A DNA stretch of 43,650 nucleotides from positions 1-43,650 of the forward strand of contig CAYFTS010000084.1 of the NCBI GenBank assembly GCA_964346135.1. Direction: 5' to 3'. Of the stretch, positions 1-7,547 are shown in pieces. The position numbers and the translations under genes are program-made. Numbering within the stretch: position 1 is the first letter of the stretch; the number at the start of each line of letters is the position of its first letter. The notes beneath the pieces were generated by a model. That model worked only from the letters and a program-made list of their open reading frames with translations. It was not told where the DNA came from and made no database searches. The stretch is from an uncultured Candidatus Bathyarchaeia archaeon. GTDB lineage: Archaea; Thermoproteota; Bathyarchaeia; Bathyarchaeales; Bathyarchaeaceae.

Positions 1-14
1 ATAATCTCTTGAAA

Positions 15-740
15 CTAGAAAAGCAAAATTAAACGCAAATACCCCCATACAATATGCCAAGTGATATAATATACAATCCTGAACCAATACATTGTAACAA
101 AGTCGTAACGCTTAAAAAAAGTCAGCTGAGACAGAACAACAAAGAAGATGCGCATCAACTCAATAACAGCAAACCACAAAGGCAACTGTCCTGAAACGCC
201 CAAAGTCTGGAAAACAGGTTCAGGCAAAGAGGCAACGAAAATACCCCCCCACACTGTCTTGTTGCTACTTATTCTCTCAGAAAGTGGAGACAGAAAGATT
301 AAGACTACCGTGAGAGGCAATAGTTGAAAAAGGATTTCAGCAACATATCCCATAGCTGGGTAAAACAACAAAGATTTAGGAAACAAAACATTGATATCAG
401 CAGTATATATTCGAGTGCTAAAATCAACTATGATAGCGATTAACCCTAATAGTGCTGCAAGGCCAGAAGCATAAAGATACCCTTTTAGATGCCCCTTCTT
501 GTAAATTGCAAAGCAACCCCTTGAAATGAGAAAAGCGAAAAGGAAAAAACCCAAAAGAGAAACAAGCAAAACTACGATTAACGGATTGATGCCTACAAAA
601 AGCCTAAGAAGAAGAGGAGGGTAGCCCAGAAAACTCAAGACCGCAAGAAGCACGGTAAGTGCAAGCGATATGCTGATGAAGATTAGAAACTGTGAACGTT
701 CAGAACTAAGTGTTTCAAACAGACGGGCTGAGATTGGCAA
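15..740 (-). CDS. multi-pass integral membrane protein, function unknown
   Basis: 241-aa track ORF with a TTG start at 738-740. Hydrophobic helices run the whole length. No catalytic motif I can name. Confidence 0.6.
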   Translation of the reverse strand: MPISARLFETLSSERSQFLIFISISLALTVLLAVLSFLGYPPLLLRLFVGINPLIVVLLVSLLGFFLFAFLISRGCFAIYKKGHLKGYLYASGLAALLGLIAIIVDFSTRIYTADINVLFPKSLLFYPAMGYVAEILFQLLPLTVVLIFLSPLSERISSNKTVWGGIFVASLPEPVFQTLGVSGQLPLWFAVIELMRIFFVVLSQLTFFKRYDFVTMYWFRIVYYITWHIVWGYLRLILLF

Positions 741-799
741 GTCCTCCTCATCTAGAGATGCGCGCGCGAAGAACCAATAGAAAAAAAGAGATAAAGTGT

Positions 800-1294
800 T
801 TATTGTTGTGTTTGTTGTAGTCTTTGTTCTCTTCTCTGGATTTCGTTGTAGAGGTATTCAAACCACTCAAGTACTTGTGGTAGATTGTACTTTTTTCTCA
901 ATCCTTTTACTATGGGCTTCATTTTTTCCCATGCTATTTTGATTGGTGAGCTGAAGAGGTCGTCAACTACACTCATGTCTATGAGTTTTTTGTGCAGAAG
1001 AACTCCCACTCCTTCAAAAAACATGCCGACCATGCCGATTGCTATGTGGACTGGTTTCCCAGATTCGTATGAGCCATATTTTTTCTCAAAGTCATTGAAA
1101 TCTCTAAACTCCGAGCTGAACAACATCGCATGGGCTTCTTGAAATTCTTTGCTACTCAAAGTTGTGTACAGTCTAAGGGCAAGGTCTGTCTGTCTCACTC
1201 TAGTCTGATTTCTAATCTGAAAAGAATAGTAGAGAGATCCTGCCACAACGCTTACAGTTGCAATTGCTATCGAAAGTGTCTGTATATCTAACAT
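800..1294 (-). CDS. small N-terminally anchored protein of unknown function (DUF4760-like by recollection)
   Basis: 164-aa ORF with ATG at 1292-1294. One N-terminal TM helix is followed by a soluble domain. Two TTTATATT-type AT boxes lie 20-45 nt upstream on the minus strand. Confidence 0.6.
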   Translation of the reverse strand: MLDIQTLSIAIATVSVVAGSLYYSFQIRNQTRVRQTDLALRLYTTLSSKEFQEAHAMLFSSEFRDFNDFEKKYGSYESGKPVHIAIGMVGMFFEGVGVLLHKKLIDMSVVDDLFSSPIKIAWEKMKPIVKGLRKKYNLPQVLEWFEYLYNEIQRREQRLQQTQQ

Positions 1295-1421
1295 TCTATC
1301 ACCTAAGAGAGAATATAAATGAAGTGAATATAAAAGCTACATAGTTAATTTAAAGTTGCATTAGTAATCGCGCGCGCACATGAAAGCTTTTTGAGTGTGT
1401 TCGCTCAGAACATGTAAAGGG

Positions 1422-2405
1422 ATGATTATGTTGGTAGGTCTCTTGGACTCTTTGGAAGTGAAGGGACTAACACTTAAGAACCGGATTGTTATGCCTCCCA
1501 TGCAAACCAGTCTAGCCACCATTGAAGGAGCTGTAACAGAAAACCTCATCACACACTATACTCGACGTTCAAAGGCGCTGGGTCTGCTGATTGTTGAGCA
1601 CAGCTATGTATCTCTTGATGGTAAGCTCAGCGGAAAACAGCTGGGAGTATACGATGACAGCCTCCTCCGTGGCTTGGAGGAACTTTCAAGCAGCGTACAT
1701 GCTACGGGCACACCGCTCGTGATTCAGATCAATCATGCAGGAAGAACCGCCAGTAAAGAGATCACAGGAACAAAGCCTGTTGCTCCTTCAGCCATCGGAA
1801 ATGCCAGAGAACTCCGAGTTGAAGAGATTAAAGCCTTAACCGAAGTCTTCGCCATGGCTGCTGAGAGAGCAATGAAGGCAGGTTTCGACGGAGTCGAAGT
1901 TCATGGAGCCCACGGTTTTCTCCTCAACCAATTCTGGTCACCTCTGACCAATCAACGTAGCGATAAATATGGAGGTTCCTTGGAAAACAGGATGATTTTT
2001 CCTTTACAGGTTGTTGAAAAGGTAAAGGAAAAAGTTGGAGGAAGACTTCTTCTATACCGTTTAGGCTCATATGATCTGGACCCTGCGGGAGTTCAAATCG
2101 AAAGCTCAATCAAATTCGCTTCGAAGCTGGAAGAAGCTGGGGTAGACATCATCGACGTTTCTGGAGGTCTGTGTGGCAGCCGCCCTGCCAATCTCCAGAA
2201 CACTAAAGGCTACTTCATTCCTCAAGCCCAAAAAATCAAAAAAACGGTAAACATACCCGTCATCGGAGTGGGAGGAATCACGGAACCAGAATACGCGGAT
2301 AGCTTAATACAGAAAAGACTCGTCGATCTAGTGGCTGTTGGCAGAGCGCTTCTAAGAGACCCAGACTGGGCCATAAACACCATCGAAACCCTAAAGAAAC
2401 GCTAA
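1422..2405 (+). CDS. NADH:flavin oxidoreductase, Old Yellow Enzyme family
   Basis: LKNRIVMPPM near the N-terminus and HGAHGFLLNQFWSPLTNQRSDKYGGSLENR are typical of OYE TIM barrels. The track ORF starts at GTG 1395; ATG 1422 or 1428 is more plausible. Confidence 0.9.
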   Translation: MIMLVGLLDSLEVKGLTLKNRIVMPPMQTSLATIEGAVTENLITHYTRRSKALGLLIVEHSYVSLDGKLSGKQLGVYDDSLLRGLEELSSSVHATGTPLVIQINHAGRTASKEITGTKPVAPSAIGNARELRVEEIKALTEVFAMAAERAMKAGFDGVEVHGAHGFLLNQFWSPLTNQRSDKYGGSLENRMIFPLQVVEKVKEKVGGRLLLYRLGSYDLDPAGVQIESSIKFASKLEEAGVDIIDVSGGLCGSRPANLQNTKGYFIPQAQKIKKTVNIPVIGVGGITEPEYADSLIQKRLVDLVAVGRALLRDPDWAINTIETLKKR

Positions 2406-2946
2406 CTCTCTACACTCTCATGGCGAAACAACATGCATGCAAAATCAGGCTATTCAAGCCTCTTTATTACGTGGTATCCAAACTTCGTTTTTGCAGCTGG
2501 CGAAATCTGTCCTTTCTGAAGCGTGAAAACCCACAACAGTTTTTGACTATCGTCCTTATTCTAACTTCACCCCAGCACTAGACCTTATGATTTTAACCTT
2601 TTTCACCTTTTGAGTTGAAATAGCATTGGAAACTCTGAAAGGTTCTTTTTTATTCTGAGCAATAACCTTAGTGACTCTAAGTATCGCCTTTCCGTTCTCG
2701 TCGAACTCCAAGTCAGTTTTCCTCCCCGTGCATGCATCTATGTGTTTCTACGTAGTGATTCATTGATTTCACAGGCCAAGTTGCAGAAACATTCTTCACA
2801 TGTCATTATTCCTTTGACTTGCGCAAAATAACACTTGATTTTTGGGGCTCTCAACGATAACACCTAAACATAAACAGGTTCTTAAGTAACATAAGGGATA
2901 TTTCGAGCGTCGTAATATTTCAGACTATTGTATGCATATTAAAATG

Positions 2947-2966
2947 CCGTTCCTTCAAAAAAACGG
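2947..2966 (-). terminator. possible htpX terminator: short hairpin plus T7 run on the minus strand
   Basis: On the minus strand, CCGTT...AACGG arms enclose or abut TTTTTTT (plus-strand A-run 2957-2963), about 55 nt past the htpX stop. Oligo-T is the usual archaeal termination signal. Confidence 0.35.
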
Positions 2967-3017
2967 ACACAAACCCTCTTCTCCTGAAAAGACGAACCAA
3001 CAAAGAAATGCATGCGT

Positions 3018-4070
3018 TTAGACAAGATCATAAACCCGCTCTTCAACGAACCTACCAGATTTTATCTCTTTTTCAATCGTACGCAACAATTGCAAACGTT
3101 TAAAAGTAGGCGGATGAGTTGCCACCCAGCGGTTAATTTTCAGCCAACGTGACTTCGCCTCTTTTTCCATTGCTAACTGCAACTCACGCAAGTCTAAAAC
3201 ACCATCCCGATCCAAATCAAACTCATTTTTGTGCTTCAATATCTTCTGACATTCCTTACCAGCCCTGAACGGGTCACAAATGTATAACATGCGCACATTT
3301 GAAAACAGTTTGGGAGCCAGTGACAGACCGTAGTTGATCTTGGTCAGTGTGCTCGCCAAATCGTGGGGCGACCGAGTTAAGAACGCGGAGAAGGCATCCG
3401 CATAATGTTCCCTTAAACGACTTAATCTAGAAATGCACAAAAGTAAAACAACGTAGGTCAAATACGGTACCACAGCAAGCACAAGCAGTGCTGTTCCTCC
3501 ATAATTGCGTCGATCGGGCATTCTCTCCTTTTCTTTCCATTTTTCCTCTATCTCTTCAAGTGTGTGATGTTTTTGATAGGACCAATAAGTTGATTCATAT
3601 ATCCACCTGACAATTAAATAGGCCAGTAGTGGCCATAATGAAAACGAAGTCATGATCACAAAATCCCAATGTTTAATGTGGCCCAACTCGTGTCCAATCA
3701 CGCTTATGATCTCCGATTGGTTCAGATTCCTCAACAGCCCTTCACTAATCGCCAGCGTGCAATTGCTACGTCTCCGACCAAAAACAAAAGCAATGAGTGT
3801 TCGGCCAGGTATAATCGCAAGTCTAGGTGTTGGTAGACCACTCTTAGCCGACAAACTCTTCACAGTCGACTCTAGCCATGGATGCTCACCATCGCGCAGG
3901 TGTCTGAATCTTGTTGAAGAACTAATGGCCAACGGGCCGACTAGGTGCTGAACGAAAACGATCATCAAGATTCCAAGCAACACAAATACAAAGGGCAGCC
4001 GAAAAACGTAAATTGGAAGGAACAATGCCATCCCAAAAACCAAAAATATCAGGCAACCCGAAATTATCAT
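3018..4070 (-). CDS. htpX: M48-family zinc metalloprotease HtpX homologue with an EF-hand-like insertion
   Basis: HELGH (HEXXH) follows two N-terminal TM helices, with a second TM pair and a C-terminal ATHPP motif, as in HtpX. DLDRDGVLDLRE at 3183-3218 fits the 12-residue EF-hand loop. Confidence 0.85.
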   Translation of the reverse strand: MIISGCLIFLVFGMALFLPIYVFRLPFVFVLLGILMIVFVQHLVGPLAISSSTRFRHLRDGEHPWLESTVKSLSAKSGLPTPRLAIIPGRTLIAFVFGRRRSNCTLAISEGLLRNLNQSEIISVIGHELGHIKHWDFVIMTSFSLWPLLAYLIVRWIYESTYWSYQKHHTLEEIEEKWKEKERMPDRRNYGGTALLVLAVVPYLTYVVLLLCISRLSRLREHYADAFSAFLTRSPHDLASTLTKINYGLSLAPKLFSNVRMLYICDPFRAGKECQKILKHKNEFDLDRDGVLDLRELQLAMEKEAKSRWLKINRWVATHPPTFKRLQLLRTIEKEIKSGRFVEERVYDLV

Positions 4071-4205
4071 AGAAAGCCTCAGCCGAGCTAACCTGACATT
4101 CTATCTCAATAGTTATCTGAACATCAGAAACGAATAAGCCTTTTCGCGCATCCATGCAAGATTTGCGCGGGCGTTTGTAAGCATTTCCACTTTCTGAGTT
4201 TCCAA

Positions 4206-4217
4206 TGCATGCATGCA
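4206..4217. repeat. perfect 12-nt palindrome TGCATGCATGCA
   Basis: Read directly. Lies in ORF-poor DNA 136 nt upstream of the htpX start. Member of the TGCATGCA cluster. Confidence 0.9.
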
Positions 4218-4468
4218 CATATCTTCGGACAGGACCATATGTCTGTTTCATCAATATTTCATTTCAAAAACAACGTATATTAAGATACAAGACAATAATT
4301 ATTACTGGTGCGTGCGATGGGGTACGTTCGCACTTACCGAGAAGAGAAAGGAGAAACACCCTACCTCACCTCCCGATGTCCCTCCTTCTGCGCGCGCACC
4401 TTTAATAAAGTACTTTTTGCTTTGATTAATTTGCTTCTGGACCCGGTTAATTGGATACCAACCTCGAT

Positions 4469-4496
4469 TAATTTGAGTGCATGCATGCTCAAATTA
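4469..4496. repeat. 28-nt inverted repeat: 9-bp arms TAATTTGAG/CTCAAATTA around TGCATGCATG
   Basis: Read directly. The arms are perfectly complementary and the centre is itself a TGCATGCA palindrome. Confidence 0.85.
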
Positions 4497-4670
4497 GTTG
4501 ATTGAATGCGCGCACGAGGAGTTTGCAGACTCAACTCGGTCATAGTTTGCGAATTGCCAAGATGCAAATGTATCATGAGGACAGAAAGAACGCATTGATC
4601 AAACTCGATGAACTATTGAAGAAGGGGTACAAGACGTTCTATGAGTTTAGGCAAACCATTACCCGTTTCC

Positions 4671-4684
4671 TTGCATGCATGCAA
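4671..4684. repeat. perfect 14-nt palindrome TTGCATGCATGCAA
   Basis: Read directly. Lies 49 nt upstream of the small zinc-ribbon ORF at 4733. Confidence 0.9.
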
Positions 4685-4732
4685 ATTGCTTTTATGTATG
4701 TTCGTTGAAAACAGTGGTTTAGAGGTGCTGTA

Positions 4733-4852
4733 ATGCCTTATTGTTCGAAATGCGGAACTGAATTGAAACAGGACGCCAAATTCTGTCAAAAGTGCGGAGC
4801 ATCTACTAGCAGACGCGTTACAAGAGAGAAAAACCTCGAGTGGTGGGGATAA
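4733..4852 (+). CDS. 39-aa zinc-ribbon mini-protein (below the ORF-track cutoff)
   Basis: ATG 4733 to TAA 4850-4852 translates as MPYCSKCGTELKQDAKFCQKCGASTSRRVTREKNLEWWG. The CxxC-x10-CxxC pattern is paralogous to the N-terminus of the next gene, which starts 4 nt later. Confidence 0.45.
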   Translation: MPYCSKCGTELKQDAKFCQKCGASTSRRVTREKNLEWWG

Positions 4853-4855
4853 CCT

Positions 4856-5209
4856 ATGGTATATTGCACTAAATGTGGCACCAAAAACGAGGAAGGCGCT
4901 AGTCATTGCACTAAATGCGGGGCGAACCTGAAGGTCTCACGAGAGGGAAGGTTTGAAAGACGTGTGGAGGAATGGGGAGAAGACTTCGGAAGACGTGCGG
5001 AAAAAGAATGTTTTGGACTCCCCCACGGTGGCTCAATTGCAGGACTAATCATTGGCATCATAATAATAATCGTAGCTCTTTCTTGGATACCTGGATTGAT
5101 TTCGCCTGAAGTGCGAGAAGTAACTGACCCGCTCTTCTGGCCAGTCATAATAATCGTCTTTGGAATACTGATAGTAGCTGGAGGCCTGTATGGTCTTAGA
5201 CGCAGATAA
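4856..5209 (+). CDS. zinc-ribbon domain membrane protein
   Basis: N-terminal MVYCTKCGTKNEEGASHCTKCGANL zinc ribbon, a charged linker, then two C-terminal TM helices. Confidence 0.7.
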   Translation: MVYCTKCGTKNEEGASHCTKCGANLKVSREGRFERRVEEWGEDFGRRAEKECFGLPHGGSIAGLIIGIIIIIVALSWIPGLISPEVREVTDPLFWPVIIIVFGILIVAGGLYGLRRR

Positions 5210-5220
5210 TACTCCACCTC

Positions 5221-5229
5221 TTTTTTTTT
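5221..5229 (+). terminator. oligo-T (T9) terminator
   Basis: A run of nine T starts 12 nt after the TAA at 5207-5209. Confidence 0.4.
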
Positions 5230-5289
5230 CTAGAGCTTTCTTCCAAGGAATTTTACGTGCATGCATACATTAAGAAACGAGGACTCTCA

Positions 5290-5580
5290 AGCCTTTGCGA
5301 CGTACATGGAGGAGCTAGGAATGACGTAGCGCACAGTTTAGTGCTAATCTTCTAGAAAATTAGCGGTATCTTTTTCACCAAGATTAATTAGGTAATGCAA
5401 CTGCTTGGGCACAAGAACATAAACAACACTTTAATATACACCCAACTCATCAACTTTGAAAGCGATGAATTCCACGTCAGAGTTGCAAAAAACCTTAAGG
5501 AAGACGAAGAACTAATTGAGGCAGGCTTTGAATATGTCACAGAACGAGACGGAGTCAAAATCTACCGAAAGCGAAAGTAA
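5290..5580 (+). pseudogene. decayed tyrosine recombinase/integrase (C-terminal remnant)
   Basis: 5395-5580 encodes MQLLGHKNINNTLIYTQL, the LGH...Y catalytic-Tyr box, plus a C-terminal tail. Upstream integrase-like pieces (FATYMEELG, ISGIFFTKIN) lie in other frames and are broken by stops at 5353 and 5389. No N-terminal domain remains. Confidence 0.6.
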
Positions 5581-6526
5581 AAAAACACTGGGTTTCTATG
5601 TGAAAAAGGCGGTTTTCAGAATAGAAACAGCGCGAAAAATCACCCAGTTCTGCTGTTTCCTGCTATTCAATGCCGTGATATTTGGCCTTGGACCATGGCC
5701 AGTGCTTCTTCCCATCATAGGAACCTTGGGAACCCCTCAGAAAACTGTGGGCGAAGCTTTTGGAGCACTTCAACTTATGCTTTTTGAACTTATGATTCCA
5801 TGGCTTGCATTAGCTTCCTTCATTTTAACCGCAACTATTGTGAACAGAAGTCTCTGCGGCTGGGCTTGCCCTTTCGGTTTTGTTCAAGACCTGCTTGGAT
5901 ACGTGAAGAAGAGACACATACAAGTTTCTCCAAGAACCCATAATCTCATGACTCAGGTTAAGTATGCAGTTTTGGCTGCTGTCCTGTTCATCAGTGTAAC
6001 CCTATCCATATCGTTGGCTGCAGGAACAGGGCAGAGCTATAAGCAGACGTTAGGCGTTTTCGCTAAAGCACCATTCAACGCGTTGAGCCCAGCTGACACG
6101 CTGTTCGCTGTTCTGCCCAGAATCATATTTGATGTTCGTTATGCCATACCAACCTTGCTGGAGACGCCAGATGCCTCGGGAGCAGTGATTAATGGATTAT
6201 CGTCGGTGCCTTTGCTTCTATGGGCTCGCTTAGCCATCATGATAGGAATCATAGTTTTAGCGGTGTACATCCCGAGGAGTTGGTGTCGGTATTTCTGTCC
6301 TAACGGAGCATTGATGGGTTTTCTAGGTCGATTCAGTTTCCTCGGTTTGAAGAGAGATCCAGTGAAGTGTACGAAAGCTACGTGTCGTTCATGTGTGGAA
6401 GTTTGCCCCACGTTGGTTCCTATTCTTGAGTTGCCTTGGGAGAAGTTCAATCATCCTGACTGTATTTATTGTTTGAAGTGTGTTGATGCTTGCTCAACAA
6501 AGGCCATAAAGCCGAAATTTCCGTAA
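5534..6526 (+). CDS. membrane-bound 4Fe-4S polyferredoxin (NapH/MauN-like)
   Basis: TM helices, CGWACPFGFVQD and WCRYFCPNGALMG motifs, then CRSCVEVCP and CIYCLKCVDAC ferredoxin motifs. Start is ATG 5534 or 5516. The 5' end overlaps the integrase relic. Confidence 0.8.
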   Translation: MSQNETESKSTESESKKTLGFYVKKAVFRIETARKITQFCCFLLFNAVIFGLGPWPVLLPIIGTLGTPQKTVGEAFGALQLMLFELMIPWLALASFILTATIVNRSLCGWACPFGFVQDLLGYVKKRHIQVSPRTHNLMTQVKYAVLAAVLFISVTLSISLAAGTGQSYKQTLGVFAKAPFNALSPADTLFAVLPRIIFDVRYAIPTLLETPDASGAVINGLSSVPLLLWARLAIMIGIIVLAVYIPRSWCRYFCPNGALMGFLGRFSFLGLKRDPVKCTKATCRSCVEVCPTLVPILELPWEKFNHPDCIYCLKCVDACSTKAIKPKFP

Positions 6527-6610
6527 GAAGAACGAAAACTTCTAAACTTCCAAAGGGAACAGAATGGTTATGAGCGCGGACAAAAGTTGCGTTTTGTCGG
6601 TCAACTCAAG

Positions 6611-7435
6611 CTATGGCTTTACCTTGTGAGGCTTGATTTTCCCACCATTCGCTTGAACTATGTCAGAGAGTTGAATTAACGCTCTGCTAACGCGTTTTTT
6701 AGCTAAACTCGAGTTTTCAGCCGTAGTGGAAAGATGAAGCTCTAAATGAGGAATCCTTTCTTCCGCCTTCGGATGAGACTTTATATAAACATAAGGATTA
6801 TCCTGCACTACCCGATCAATAAGCGGCGCAACCGCAGACTCCCCGATTCCAGTCACATACAGACTTGTTTCAAAAAAAGTCACTTTACCCGCAGCCTGCT
6901 TAAGCATAGGCGCAATTGACTCCTCGAATATAGCCTTCATTTCAGAGGGAACCCCTGGCAACGCTATGATGGTGATGTTGTTATGTTTTATGATTACTCC
7001 AGGAGCGGTTCCAACAGGGTTGAACAGTGGCTCTGCCCCTTTTGGAAGCTTTGCCATTTTGACTCGGTGAGGAGTTAACTCAACCTTTTCCATTCGACCT
7101 TCCTCCATGTATTGGCGGTATTTTTCTCGAACCATTTTCAAAGCCTGATCATGAGTTACCAGTTTGCGTTTCAGCGCCTTAGCGATGCCTTCTAGGGTTT
7201 TGTCGTCGAAGGTTGGACCTAAACCTCCAGTGGTTATGATGAAACTTGGGGCGCGTTGAATTGTCTCTTGCAAGGCAGTGGATATCTCGTCAACGTTATC
7301 GCCTATGATGGTAATGCGTTGAGTGTTTAGTCCTAGGGTAATGATGCGTTTGGCGAGCCATTGAGCATTAGTGTTTACGGTTTTGCCAATTAGCAACTCA
7401 TTTCCCACACAGATTAGTTCTATTGACGAAGCCAT
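6611..7435 (-). CDS. CinA-like / MoCF-binding domain protein (COG1058 type)
   Basis: The N-terminus ELICVGNELLIGKTVNTNAQWLA, and TTGGLGPTFDDKT, are typical of the CinA N-terminal molybdopterin-binding-fold domain. Confidence 0.8.
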   Translation of the reverse strand: MASSIELICVGNELLIGKTVNTNAQWLAKRIITLGLNTQRITIIGDNVDEISTALQETIQRAPSFIITTGGLGPTFDDKTLEGIAKALKRKLVTHDQALKMVREKYRQYMEEGRMEKVELTPHRVKMAKLPKGAEPLFNPVGTAPGVIIKHNNITIIALPGVPSEMKAIFEESIAPMLKQAAGKVTFFETSLYVTGIGESAVAPLIDRVVQDNPYVYIKSHPKAEERIPHLELHLSTTAENSSLAKKRVSRALIQLSDIVQANGGKIKPHKVKP

Positions 7436-7527
7436 TTATGGTTCACCCAGTTTGGCGGGATTCTAACGTTATTATTTGGAAGAACATAAGGTAATAACTG
7501 CTTCGTTTAATCTAAATCAAAGAGATA

Positions 7528-7547
7528 TGGCGCCCTGGCCGGGATTT
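7528..7547 (-). repeat. orphan intron-less copy of the tRNA-Asp 3' end (positions 57-76 including CCA)
   Basis: The minus strand reads AAATCCCGGCCAGGGCGCCA. This equals tRNA-Asp exon 1 end (10038-10027) joined to exon 2 (9996-9989), 20/20 nt. Confidence 0.85.

Noticed and set aside
4205-4708. Several 65-71-aa ORFs on both strands in the htpX/zinc-ribbon spacer.
   Set aside because: They overlap each other, have no motifs, and span palindromes. Only the MYHEDRKNALIKLDELLKKGYKTFYEF stretch (from about 4568) looks faintly protein-like, which is not enough to call.
2406-4732. A replication origin, considered because of the long AT-rich spacers with many palindromes.
   Set aside because: There is no orc1/cdc6 gene nearby, no ORB-like repeats that I can recognise, and no clear duplex-unwinding element.
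7528-7547. The plus-strand TGGCGCCCTGGCCGGGATTT resembles a retroelement primer-binding site complementary to a tRNA 3' end.
   Set aside because: No reverse transcriptase, LTRs or other retroelement features are present. CCA is genome-encoded in this organism, so a DNA-level duplication explains it.
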